A DNA stretch of 64,000 nt from an uncultured Desulfospira sp. (lineage in GTDB: Bacteria; Desulfobacterota; Desulfobacteria; Desulfobacterales; Desulfobacteraceae). The notes under the pieces were generated by a model, which searched no databases, was not told the DNA's origin, and saw only the letters and a list, made by a program, of their open reading frames with translations. The DNA lies in NCBI GenBank assembly GCA_963663165.1, contig OY760175.1:2112001-2176000 (forward strand), read 5' to 3'. Below, piece by piece: positions 10,940 to 25,039 of the stretch (position 1 is the first letter of the stretch; every line of letters starts with the position of its first letter). Position numbers and translations under genes: made by a program.

Positions 10940-11497
10940 TCACACAATACAGCGATCCGTGTCACAGGGGCAGGCCCCATCAATCTCACATGCAAATGCA
11001 ATCTTGGACGCCTTTTCATATACGCCGGGCAGAACCGGTTGAAAAAACCTGGCGGCATCCATATTCAAAAGTTTTCCTTTCCCGGGAATATGATCCAGTC
11101 CCTGGGCAGACACTTTTCCCGTTATGCCATTTATAATCTCAGCATCCTCCCCGTTAGTAGTGACAACAAACGGAATCTGATAAGGGGCAATAACCCTGGA
11201 CAATGCCAAATTAGAAAGCCGGCGGGTTACAAGAGAACCTGGCGCAAATTTGAGAATCATCCAGACTTTATCCTGAAATTTGACCACAAAATTAACTATT
11301 AGCACTGCATTACGCCCCCCCGTAGTAATATTCAGCTTCTGGTCTTTAATAAGGTCTGCCTTGCTGTACCCCAAATTATTGACAAGATGTTTTGAAAGCT
11401 TTTGCAGGTAACGTTCATCATGGGTATCCGGAATAATCTTTCCGGTAAGGAAATCTGTTAATTCCCCCATTATTAAATGATGCGGATTGGTTTCCAT
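10940..11497 (-). CDS. Type I restriction enzyme HsdR N-terminal-like domain protein (stand-alone)
   Basis: 185 aa with ERYLQKL..HLVNNLGYSK and VVTTNG motifs resembling HSDR_N. GGAGG RBS. Confidence 0.65.
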   Translation of the reverse strand: METNPHHLIMGELTDFLTGKIIPDTHDERYLQKLSKHLVNNLGYSKADLIKDQKLNITTGGRNAVLIVNFVVKFQDKVWMILKFAPGSLVTRRLSNLALSRVIAPYQIPFVVTTNGEDAEIINGITGKVSAQGLDHIPGKGKLLNMDAARFFQPVLPGVYEKASKIAFACEIDGACPCDTDRCIV

Positions 11498-11596
11498 TTG
11501 GCAGCCTCCATTTTCAGGAAGATTAAAATCTTGCCATTAAAGTAAGCAGTTTATGAACATGATCAAATGAAAAAGAAAACCAGTCTCTGGATCAAT

Positions 11597-11638
11597 AAAA
11601 AAAGGCTTTTGGGAAAATTCCAAAAGCCTCTTATTTTC
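11597..11638. terminator. Intrinsic terminator downstream of tRNA-Pro
   Basis: Hairpin AGGCTTTTGG/CCAAAAGCCT next to an A-run (U-run on the minus strand). Confidence 0.8.
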
Positions 11639-11640
11639 GG

Positions 11641-11718
<78 letters not shown>

Positions 11719-11807
11719 TAGTTGAACAGAGGATTTTTATCATCCTTTATACGCAGTGTCAAGAAAGAATCAAAACAAGAACAATATTTTTTTAAATAAC
11801 GCTAAAT

Positions 11808-11845
11808 AAAAAAGCCCTGACCAAAATAATTTGATCAGGGCTTTT
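11808..11845 (-). terminator. rRNA operon terminator
   Basis: AAAAGCCCTGA...TCAGGGCTTTT hairpin with a U-tract just downstream of 5S. Confidence 0.85.
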
Positions 11846-11854
11846 AGAAAAATA

Positions 11855-11972
11855 ACCCGGCAGCGTTCTACTCTCCCACACAGTCTCCCATGCAGTACCA
11901 TCGACGCTAAGGCGCTTAACTACCGTGTTCGAGATGGGTACGGGTGTGGCCGCCTCGCCATTGCCACCGGGT
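11855..11972 (-). rRNA. rrf: 5S rRNA
   Basis: Conserved CCCGTACCCATCTCGAACAC and GATGGTACTGC...GGGAGAGTAG. Terminal stem CCCGG/CCGGG. Confidence 0.96.
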
Positions 11973-12091
11973 TAAACCGGCCAGGACCTGGAACTTCTGA
12001 TTAATGTACTGTTACCGCGTTCCCGGAATCCTGTAAATTTGTTGTAGTAAATTTTTGCCATCAAAGAATTTAAGTTTATCTGTGGAAAAAA

Positions 12092-15067
<2,976 letters not shown>

Positions 15068-15095
15068 TATTCCACAAATAAACTTAAACGCTTTG

Positions 15096-15281
15096 ATGTT
15101 TTTGAAAATTTTGTGAATTTTAAGCGTTGCTTCACACAGATTTTAAAACGGCGTAGCACACTACGCCTTATTCAAAATCTGTGCTTGCGCCTTGAACTTC
15201 ACTAAAATTTTCTTCAACATGATTATGCTGTAAAAACTTTGGTAAACTTCAAGCGCTAATTCACAAATTTTTCTTCAACAT
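15096..15281. repeat. Palindromic repeat plus an internally deleted second copy in the 16S-23S spacer
   Basis: Nested arms GAAAATTTTGTGAA/TTCACTAAAATTTTC, CACAGATTTT/AAAATCTGTG and GGCGTAG/CTACGCC. The right arm ...TTTTCTTCAACAT recurs at about 15260-15281. Confidence 0.75.
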
Positions 15282-15476
15282 AGCTCGCAAAAGCCTGATC
15301 AACATCAAACTCTCACGATTTATGATTAATTCAGTTGCCTTTACGGCAACTGCGCAATTGATATTTACTACAACAAATTTTCAAAGAACATGACAGATCC
15401 GGCTACTCTTGTTCACCGTTTTGATCTCTCAAAATTGGCCAGTGATAGCCTTAAAGCTTTTTTTATCTTTCCTTTG

Positions 15477-17035
<1,559 letters not shown>

Positions 17036-17159
17036 ATAATCCTTTTTCCTAAAAACTCTTGGTCTTGACTTGCTAATTAAAACAAATCAACTTGACCCGC
17101 TTCAAAACTTCACTGACCAATTTTCAAAGATCAAAATCCTCAATCAAGAGAACTCAAAG

Positions 17160-17210
17160 AGAATACATTAAACCCCGCTTAATGTCAAATCTTTTTTATT
17201 TTTTTATTTC
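17160..17210 (-). promoter_or_regulatory. sigma70-type rrn promoter with UP-like A tract
   Basis: TTGACA (17188-17183), 17-bp spacer, TATTCT (17165-17160). A-rich tract upstream. boxA-like GATCTTTGAAAA in the leader. Confidence 0.8.
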
Positions 17211-19978
17211 AATACCAACCCTGCGGGAAGATTTTCCCCGAATTGGGCAGTCTTTTCTTTTAAATCCATCCTGATTTTTTCTCTGACCTTGTTAATCAGC
17301 TGTTCAGGGGCACCTTGCCCAATTAACCAGGTCATTACTTTTTCATGGATTTCGGCATCAATATCCCGGGTTCGATCACCGGTTTTCCTTGCCATGGCAG
17401 CAATCAGCTGATGAATGGGGTCTTTCCTATCCCAATTTTTCTTCATTAAATACAGGATCCATTTTCCAACCTCAGACGGCGGGACGACTCTGTCTATGGA
17501 GCCGTATAACAGCTGCCTGTCTCCGAACCTTCCTATAGTCCAAAACAAGGTGTCCTGCTTTTTCCCCGGTTTGATCTGCGGCAAAAGGGCTTTGGCAAGA
17601 ACGACTTTATCTTTGACCAACAGCCGCTCCATGTTACCGGCTGCCATCCACAGCTCTGTCTTTTCCTGAGGGGGCAGTTTGCTTTTATTTTTTGTCAGTA
17701 CACCGGATACTTCCTGAAAAAATTGTCTTTGCTGCCCGGCCTTCAGACCGGCCGCTATCCTTCTGATAAAAATCCACCACTCCAGTCGATTCTGAGTATC
17801 CTTTTCAAACTTAAGCCCGGATAGATAAACCTTCCACAATTTCCTGACACGGTTTTCGTCAAAGGCGTCTCCAAATCCAGGCCTCATACAAAACCCCGTC
17901 AGGTTTAACCACCGGGCCTCATGTTCCGGAGACGTACTTCTGAAACTTTCAAGGTCTATGAGCCGATCTGAAAGCTTTCTTAAAAACGAAAGGGGCCAGT
18001 TCGACTTTTTTTGCTCTACAATTGTTTCAATTTTCCTGACAACGTGTTGGGGTCCCTCAATATCATTGGCGGAAAAAGCATGCACGACTTCAGAACAGGC
18101 ATGTTCTATGAGAGAATCTTCATAAACCTGGGTTTCTGTTGTTTCAATATCCGTCTGCATTCCTCGAAGCTGAAACTGAAGCTTCCAACGATGTTCACTG
18201 GCAACAGACCGGCAATACATGGCAAGGGTTCCCATCTCGGTATATTCAGCGCCAATATTCACTGGGATTTCTTTTTTCTCCCCAGTTTTACCGAATTTAA
18301 TGATGGTCTGAATCGGGGCCATGGGGGTCAGGGTGTTGTCAATGGAGAGAATATCTCCAGCTGAATCGCCGGACCGGAAACTTGAACTATACACCGGGAA
18401 ACTTACCGGCTGGTTGGTCCTGACCTTGTATTCCATTTTGGGCAGGCTGATTTCAGATCCCTCATCCAGGCCCCTTTCCACAAGGCATACCGCCTTCTGA
18501 CCCGCCTGGGAAAATACTGAAACCCCCAGATAATAGCTTCTTGGGCTTCCGCTGCCGACTTTAACCCCGATCCCCTGCTTGACAAGCCCGTAATAAGATG
18601 CCCCTAAACCCACCGCCAATTCAGGACTGTTATTTTCAAGAATCTTTGGTTTAGAGGAATCTGTGGTTTTAAACCAGCGCCGGATGGATTCTCTGATTCT
18701 TGATTGGACAAGAACCGGTTTCAGGGTTCCGCCGTTAAATAAAATAAAATCGGGCAAAGGCTCTTTTTTGTTCAAAGCAGCCTGAATATTCTCCCGATGT
18801 TTCTCAAGAAAAGCAATAATATGTTTCGTAACAGACCGTTCCTTTTCAAAAGGAAGGCCAAAATCAGCAATTTCCTTACCCGGTTCGATCTGACTTAAAT
18901 TTTCTGAATCCACATCGGCAAAGAACTGGCCCCTTAGAACTGATTCCACATCCTGCTTTGTCAGATCAGCCGAAAGCGTCCCCGCAATCAACGAGCGCCC
19001 CTCGCCTTTTATGGTGATGCGAACGCTTTTTTCGTCATTGCCCAGGATCACTTCCTTTGCCTCCCGGCATCTGTGGCAAAGGGTTTTCCATTTATCCGAA
19101 GTCATGGAAGTGCTTGACTTGAATTTGGATTCGACTATTTTGGCAAGTTCCAGATCAATATTGTCCCCGCCCAGAATCAGGTGATCCCCAACCGCTATCC
19201 GCTCGAATCTTGGCGTGCCCTGTGTGGCTTTCAAAGAAATCAGGCTGAAGTCCGTTGTCCCGCCGCCCACATCACAGACCAGGACAAGGTCGTCTTCCCG
19301 GATATGCTGCTCCCAGTCCGATTCATGACGGATCAACCATGAATAAAAGGCAGAAAGCGGCTCCTCAAGAAGGGTAACCGATTCGCCAAGCCCGGCCTTA
19401 CCAACCGCTTCCATGGTTAAATCTCTGGCCTCTTCATTAAAAGACGCCGGCACGGTAATGACCACAAACTGATTCTCGATAAACTTATCCTCATCCTTGA
19501 CGAAGTAGTTCCAGGCGCTCCGGATATGGGTCAGATATTCAGCGGTTGCATCCACCGGTGAGATTTTTTCGACCCCTTGGGACCCCCATGGCAGAATCCT
19601 GGCCTGGCGATCGGCATTGGCATTACACAACCAGCTTTTTGCTGAAGACACAAGCCTTGACGGAATTTTTGAACCATGATCCCGGGCAAACGTCCCGGCA
19701 AACATATCCTCCCGCTTTTTCCAGGGATGTTTGAGGGTTTCCTTTGAAATATCATAATCGCCGGGGATATATAAAAATGAGGGCAAAACGGAAATCTTTG
19801 AAAACTCACCATGACCGGTAAGCTGAGGGATATTAAAAACCTTGATCACTTTCTTTTTATCGGGCAGTTGCTTGATAACGCCCTGTTCTCGAAGCTGGGC
19901 CACATCCACATAAGAAACCGCACAATTGGTGGTGCCCAAATCAATCCCGATGACATATTGTCTTTCCTGAAAATCCAC
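17204..19978 (-). CDS. Hsp70-family protein with long C-terminal (DUF3731-like) domain
   Basis: GIDLGTTN, VITVPASF, LLEEP, DVGGGTTDF and LGGDNID actin-fold motifs. 924 aa, with no canonical DnaK substrate-binding domain. Confidence 0.88.
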   Translation of the reverse strand: MDFQERQYVIGIDLGTTNCAVSYVDVAQLREQGVIKQLPDKKKVIKVFNIPQLTGHGEFSKISVLPSFLYIPGDYDISKETLKHPWKKREDMFAGTFARDHGSKIPSRLVSSAKSWLCNANADRQARILPWGSQGVEKISPVDATAEYLTHIRSAWNYFVKDEDKFIENQFVVITVPASFNEEARDLTMEAVGKAGLGESVTLLEEPLSAFYSWLIRHESDWEQHIREDDLVLVCDVGGGTTDFSLISLKATQGTPRFERIAVGDHLILGGDNIDLELAKIVESKFKSSTSMTSDKWKTLCHRCREAKEVILGNDEKSVRITIKGEGRSLIAGTLSADLTKQDVESVLRGQFFADVDSENLSQIEPGKEIADFGLPFEKERSVTKHIIAFLEKHRENIQAALNKKEPLPDFILFNGGTLKPVLVQSRIRESIRRWFKTTDSSKPKILENNSPELAVGLGASYYGLVKQGIGVKVGSGSPRSYYLGVSVFSQAGQKAVCLVERGLDEGSEISLPKMEYKVRTNQPVSFPVYSSSFRSGDSAGDILSIDNTLTPMAPIQTIIKFGKTGEKKEIPVNIGAEYTEMGTLAMYCRSVASEHRWKLQFQLRGMQTDIETTETQVYEDSLIEHACSEVVHAFSANDIEGPQHVVRKIETIVEQKKSNWPLSFLRKLSDRLIDLESFRSTSPEHEARWLNLTGFCMRPGFGDAFDENRVRKLWKVYLSGLKFEKDTQNRLEWWIFIRRIAAGLKAGQQRQFFQEVSGVLTKNKSKLPPQEKTELWMAAGNMERLLVKDKVVLAKALLPQIKPGKKQDTLFWTIGRFGDRQLLYGSIDRVVPPSEVGKWILYLMKKNWDRKDPIHQLIAAMARKTGDRTRDIDAEIHEKVMTWLIGQGAPEQLINKVREKIRMDLKEKTAQFGENLPAGLVLK

Positions 19979-19997
19979 TATTTCCCCTGGTAATTTA

Positions 19998-20759
19998 TTA
20001 GATTTCGACCTCGGCCGGCGTCATAATGCTTGAATCCTGAATATCCAAAAGACTGGGAATCTCTTTTTTACCGGCTCTCCAGCCCCGGTGTCTTAAAATG
20101 CCTTCAAAAGGCGGTTCACCGGTGACATTTCCCACCAGGCTGACGGAGTCCATGTCAAAACCCGGCTCAATGGTTACAGTCTCTCCTTCTTTTGAATCAA
20201 TCACGGGTTTTGGATCAATATACTTTTTAACCGCCCGTTTACAATCTTCTTGTATGCTTCTGACCGCAGCCCCGATCTGTTCGTCCTCGTAGAGACTTAA
20301 GTCTTCTTCAAAAAAATCCAGGAGGCGGCCTTCTCTTTGGAGAATGGAAAGGGTATGAAGGAAAAGCCGCCTTTTTCTTTCCTGCTCTATCCAGTGATCT
20401 ATGAAATCTTTTTGTGTTGCCTTTTTCTCCGGTTTTACTGCCGGCTGAACATTCATCTGGTTAAATGCAGAAGACATAAAAATTTTCAACAGCAGCCATC
20501 CCACTCCCCCTAAAAATAAGCAGCCCCCCATAATTCCAGGAACTACCCATACATAAAAATTCTGAGAAATAAGGTCCAGCTGCCCGGCCCAGACCGGTAT
20601 ATTCTCAAGCAAGAGTTCCTTGCCGGAATCCATAGAAAAAACAGATAAAAACCAATTTATAAGATAATAAGTTCCACCACAAAGCACAGCGCTCAAAAAC
20701 AACATATACACCGCAATAACGAAGAAAGACCGCCTTTCATATATCTTTGAAATCTGCAA
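19998..20759 (-). CDS. DUF2760-family membrane-anchored protein
   Basis: Two N-terminal hydrophobic segments, then LQREGRLLDFFEEDL...QIGAAVR...LVGNVTGEPPFEGILRHRGW...PAEVEI. Confidence 0.85.
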   Translation of the reverse strand: MQISKIYERRSFFVIAVYMLFLSAVLCGGTYYLINWFLSVFSMDSGKELLLENIPVWAGQLDLISQNFYVWVVPGIMGGCLFLGGVGWLLLKIFMSSAFNQMNVQPAVKPEKKATQKDFIDHWIEQERKRRLFLHTLSILQREGRLLDFFEEDLSLYEDEQIGAAVRSIQEDCKRAVKKYIDPKPVIDSKEGETVTIEPGFDMDSVSLVGNVTGEPPFEGILRHRGWRAGKKEIPSLLDIQDSSIMTPAEVEI

Positions 20760-20803
20760 TTATTTTTCCTTTCTTAAATTTACGGTTCACCCCTTTGAAA
20801 ATG

Positions 20804-20834
20804 AAAAACCATGTTGAAATAATCAACATGGTCT
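20804..20834 (-). terminator. Probable terminator after comEA
   Basis: ACCATGTTGA/TCAACATGGT hairpin followed by a U-run on the minus strand. Confidence 0.65.
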
Positions 20835-20913
20835 TCAATTATAATGCAAATTTTTTCTATATCAAGGGATGTTTGAGTCCTGGAATCAGGGGGCTCTAAA
20901 CGGGTCAACGGAC

Positions 20914-21189
20914 TTATGTTACCGTAATTCTATCTTTATTGTTTTCAAATACCTTCTGCCCGACACCTTTCACATTCATGATATCTTCAGGCGCCTTAAA
21001 AGGGGTCTTTTCCCGATATTCTATGATTCTATCCGCGAGGGCCTCACCAACACCTTTGAGTGTCATCAATACCTCTTTGCTTGCGGTATTAATATTCACC
21101 TTTTCGGCCTGGGCCACAGCAGTAGAAAGGCAAAGACAAATGAATAAGCCAATGAAAATGACCGAAAGTGATCTTTTTGAGTTTCTCAT
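20914..21189 (-). CDS. comEA: ComEA-family helix-hairpin-helix DNA-binding protein
   Basis: Signal peptide, then VNINTASKEVLMTLKGVG..LADRIIEYR...VKGVG. Confidence 0.9.
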   Translation of the reverse strand: MRNSKRSLSVIFIGLFICLCLSTAVAQAEKVNINTASKEVLMTLKGVGEALADRIIEYREKTPFKAPEDIMNVKGVGQKVFENNKDRITVT

Positions 21190-21515
21190 AGCGTTCTCCT
21201 TTTTGTGAAAAGTCTAAAATATTGGGTACAAAACTCCCCCTGATTCCAAAACCGAATTCAGAAAGAAGCGAACAAGCGACTCATTTACAAAAAAAGAAAA
21301 GCCTCTGCTGCCATTTTCAAGCACTGTTGATCATATCAACTTCAAATGAATATTTTGTATATAAAATAAATACATTGTCATTTCAATAAAAAATAGTTTC
21401 TTACATCAATTCCAAATTTAGCAAGGCACTCAAAAAAAAATGATCGGAATATGATATTAAAAGATAAAGGGGGTGAGACCGGGCATGTTGATTCCCACGG
21501 TTTTTTTCTAATAAA

Positions 21516-23411
21516 TTATCCGGTCGGCCTGTATTCTGGTATCATTTCCTTCATAAGGGACCGGATTCCTGCCCCATCCCGGTCCTTTGCTTTCTCCTTG
21601 AGGAGGGAAAGCTTCCCGTTCAGCACCTCCGGATTCAAGCAGCTGGTGTTCAGCACCATAATTTTTTTATGGCCGGTGGGAACCACATCTTCTATATCCG
21701 TCATCAACTCTTCATACAATTTTTCCCCTGGCCGAAGGCCGGTATATTCAATTTTAATATCACCATCAGGTTCAAATCCGGAGAATCGAATCAAATCCCT
21801 AGCCATATTATCAATATTAATAGGCTCTCCCATTTCCAGAAGAAAAATCTCGCCGCCATTTCCCATGGCACCGGCCTGAAGTATCAGCTGACAGGCTTCA
21901 GGAATAAGCATAAAGAACCTTACAATATCCGGATGAGTAACCGTTACCGGCCCCCCTTCTGCAATCTGCTTTTTAAATAAGGGAATCACACTGCCCACAC
22001 TTCCAATCACATTCCCGAACCTCACCGTCATAAAAGAGGTGCCGCTATTGCCGTCGGCACAGCCAATCTCCTGAACCAGCAATTCTGCAATCCGCTTACT
22101 TGTTCCCATGACATTGGTGGGATTGACCGCTTTATCCGTAGAAACAAAAACAAATTTGTCGCATTTAAATGCCTTGGAGACTTCAATAAGATTTTTTGTG
22201 CCGAAAACATTATTTTCCACAGCTTTCCAAGGGTGTTCCTCCAGCATGGGCACATGTTTATAGGCCGCAGCATGAAAAACGATCTCCGGCTGAAGCTGAT
22301 GAAACACCTTGTCGAGTTCTTCTCTGTTCTGAATATCACCCAGGACAGGAACCACCTCAATATTTTGAAAATTCTTCTTTAGCTCAAGGTCAATTTCATA
22401 CAACGGGCTTTCCGCCCTTTCAAAAAGAATGATTTTCTCAGGAGAATACCTGCAGATCTGCCGGCACAGCCCAGTTCCGATGGACCCGCCTGCCCCTGTT
22501 ACAAGCACCCGCTTGCCGCCAAGATATTTTCCTATCTGCTCCTGATCCAGTTTTACCGGTTCTCTTCCCAAAAGGTCCCTGTATTCAACCTTTCTGATGG
22601 AGGTAACATCAATCTTTCCATTGATCAATTCCCCTAAATTGGGAATGGTCTTAAAATCCACATCAGCCTTTTTACACAACCCGACAATCTGCCTCATCCG
22701 GTCTGCACCCAGGCTTGGGATCGCAATAATAACATCTTCAGCTCCGGACAATTTGACGGTCTGTCCCAGATTTTCAATCGTATTCAAAACTGACACGCCA
22801 TGTATCTTTCTGCCAATCTTTGAAGGGTCGTCATCCAGAAACCCTAAAACACGGGATTTCACAGAAGGGTTCTCTTTAAACTCTCTGCACACTTTTTGCC
22901 CGTAATCTCCTGCCCCAATGATCAAAGTTCCTTTGAGGTCTCCAACATTCTTCTTTCTGAACACCTTGAATAAGGCATATTTTACATCCTGAAGTGTAAT
23001 TTTTTCTGTAAATTCTTCAAAACATAAACGTACAGACAACCGCAGGCTTGAAATAAAAAATACAGTAAGATAAAAGTCGATAACAAATACCGACCTGGAA
23101 ATGTCTTCAAACCTGGTCAGATATAAAACCAAGGCAATTATAATGAACATTGCAACAATTGAAGCCTTTGCAATGCTAATCAAATCATTGAGGCTTGTAT
23201 ATCGCCACATCCCCCTATACAAATCAAAAAAATAAAAGCACAAAATCTTGCACAGGATAATATATGGAAGGAAGTGTAAAAAACTTTTATAAACCCATTG
23301 ACTTTGGACAAAATCATATCGAATCAAATGAGCCAGATAAAATGAACTCCCCCATAAAATAATATCAAGCAGCAAAACAATGAATAAATTTCTTGATATC
23401 CTAATTCTCAT
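21516..23411 (-). CDS. Membrane-bound UDP-GlcNAc 4,6-dehydratase (PglF/WbpM/CapD family)
   Basis: N-terminal TM helices, then VTGAGGSIG, HAAAYKHVP, STDKAVNP, RFGNV and GLRPGEKLYEEL. Confidence 0.93.
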   Translation of the reverse strand: MRIRISRNLFIVLLLDIILWGSSFYLAHLIRYDFVQSQWVYKSFLHFLPYIILCKILCFYFFDLYRGMWRYTSLNDLISIAKASIVAMFIIIALVLYLTRFEDISRSVFVIDFYLTVFFISSLRLSVRLCFEEFTEKITLQDVKYALFKVFRKKNVGDLKGTLIIGAGDYGQKVCREFKENPSVKSRVLGFLDDDPSKIGRKIHGVSVLNTIENLGQTVKLSGAEDVIIAIPSLGADRMRQIVGLCKKADVDFKTIPNLGELINGKIDVTSIRKVEYRDLLGREPVKLDQEQIGKYLGGKRVLVTGAGGSIGTGLCRQICRYSPEKIILFERAESPLYEIDLELKKNFQNIEVVPVLGDIQNREELDKVFHQLQPEIVFHAAAYKHVPMLEEHPWKAVENNVFGTKNLIEVSKAFKCDKFVFVSTDKAVNPTNVMGTSKRIAELLVQEIGCADGNSGTSFMTVRFGNVIGSVGSVIPLFKKQIAEGGPVTVTHPDIVRFFMLIPEACQLILQAGAMGNGGEIFLLEMGEPINIDNMARDLIRFSGFEPDGDIKIEYTGLRPGEKLYEELMTDIEDVVPTGHKKIMVLNTSCLNPEVLNGKLSLLKEKAKDRDGAGIRSLMKEMIPEYRPTG

Positions 23412-23478
23412 TACTTAACCCTAAAAAACATTTCGAATCCACTTCGTATATAAACTACTATGTTGTAAAATATACGGA

Positions 23479-25023
23479 TCACTTTTTCACCCGATCTCCG
23501 GCCCCTTTGCCAGAAACTGTCATAAGAATATAATGAAAATACTTTTTAACAGAAAAATCCTTCAGCATTTTCTGATCAGTTTCAGCCAGTAACATTGGTG
23601 TTGACATATCTATTTTATTTACTTGAGCCAAGCCAGTGATCCCGGGACGGACGTTAAAAACCCCCCTTGCAGACCGCGTCTGAATCAATTCAAACTGATT
23701 TAACAAACACGGTCGGGGGCCTACGAGGCTCATCTCACCTTTAAGAACGTTCCAAAGCTGAGGCAGCTCATCCAATTTGGTACAGCGCAGGAAATGTCCG
23801 AACTTCGTTATTGAAGAAACACTGGCCAAATGGCTTGCGACCGAAGCAGTATCTAACTTCATAGTACGAAATTTAATCAAGACAAAAGGCTTCTTTCCCT
23901 TACCGACTCGTTTCTGACGAAAAATTGGATATCCAGTGTCCAAAAGTCCAATAATAAGCAACAAAAGAAGGAGAGGAGAGCTTAAAATGATACCAACTGC
24001 GGAAAATCCAATATCAAGAAAACGAATAATTTTAATCTCTTCATACGCCTTACTTGCCAACATATCAGCAACACAACACCTAAGTCCATCATTAACGGAA
24101 ATAGGCGGCTCCCAGCCCAGAAGATCCCGGGCCTTGCTGATATCAATTTGTAATGAGCCCAGCAAACGTTGGGCAACAGCCTGCTTCCCCATTAACAATG
24201 CCCCAAGATCCAATAATTTAGCAGGCACCGGGATCAAACGGGCCTGTTTGTTTATGGCTTTGCCAATACGGTATAGCAGATCAGTAGTCGACAAGTCTTT
24301 GCCATCAGAAACGAGGAACACCTGGTTGGCGGCAGCAGGATGATCAATGCAGGTGATAATAAAATCGATAAGATTCCTCAGCGCTATCAGACTACGTTTA
24401 TTATGAACAGCCCCCAAAGGCAATGGGATGCCTTTATCAAGCCACTGGATTATGCTTTGGAAATTCCCCTTAACATTCGGGCCGTAAACCAATGGTGGCC
24501 GTATAACAGTAATCTCCATATCCCAATCATCTGCCATTTTAAACAATTCATTTTCTGCCTCTAATTTCGATATTCCATAAGGACCTTGGGGCTCAGGAGA
24601 CATATCCTCTGTAAAGGGGGTGCCTGGTTGTGAGAATTCACCATTTACTTTAATTGTACTTATGAAAATAAACCGTTGAACCCCCATCTTGGCAGCTTGA
24701 CGGGCCAATGAAATTGTTCCGGCGGCATTGACTCTGCGAAATTCCGATAAAGGGTCTTTTGAAGGATCTTTCATAACGTGAACCCTTGCTGCAGTATGGA
24801 TAATCACATCAATATTTTCCAAGACCTGCTTCCAATCTGTTTCCTCACTTAACTCACGCGTGTTGTGAATGCTGACGCCTTCAATATTTATCTGCCCCGC
24901 GCCTCTGCTCGTACCACGGACATTATAGTCTCCGCTTTGCGATAATACTTTGGCAAGAGCGCTTCCTATGAACCCCGTTGTTCCGGTTATCAAAATATCC
25001 AGTTTTTCTTTCCCGTTTTGCAT
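23479..25023 (-). CDS. Fused NAD-dependent sugar epimerase/reductase plus PglC-type phosphoglycosyl transferase
   Basis: N-terminal ITGTTGFIG...YGISK extended SDR. C-terminal KFRTM, LDELPQLWNVLKGEMSLVGPRP and RPGITGLAQV. One continuous frame. Confidence 0.9.
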   Translation of the reverse strand: MQNGKEKLDILITGTTGFIGSALAKVLSQSGDYNVRGTSRGAGQINIEGVSIHNTRELSEETDWKQVLENIDVIIHTAARVHVMKDPSKDPLSEFRRVNAAGTISLARQAAKMGVQRFIFISTIKVNGEFSQPGTPFTEDMSPEPQGPYGISKLEAENELFKMADDWDMEITVIRPPLVYGPNVKGNFQSIIQWLDKGIPLPLGAVHNKRSLIALRNLIDFIITCIDHPAAANQVFLVSDGKDLSTTDLLYRIGKAINKQARLIPVPAKLLDLGALLMGKQAVAQRLLGSLQIDISKARDLLGWEPPISVNDGLRCCVADMLASKAYEEIKIIRFLDIGFSAVGIILSSPLLLLLLIIGLLDTGYPIFRQKRVGKGKKPFVLIKFRTMKLDTASVASHLASVSSITKFGHFLRCTKLDELPQLWNVLKGEMSLVGPRPCLLNQFELIQTRSARGVFNVRPGITGLAQVNKIDMSTPMLLAETDQKMLKDFSVKKYFHYILMTVSGKGAGDRVKK

Positions 25024-25039
25024 AGATTCCAAAGTCTTC

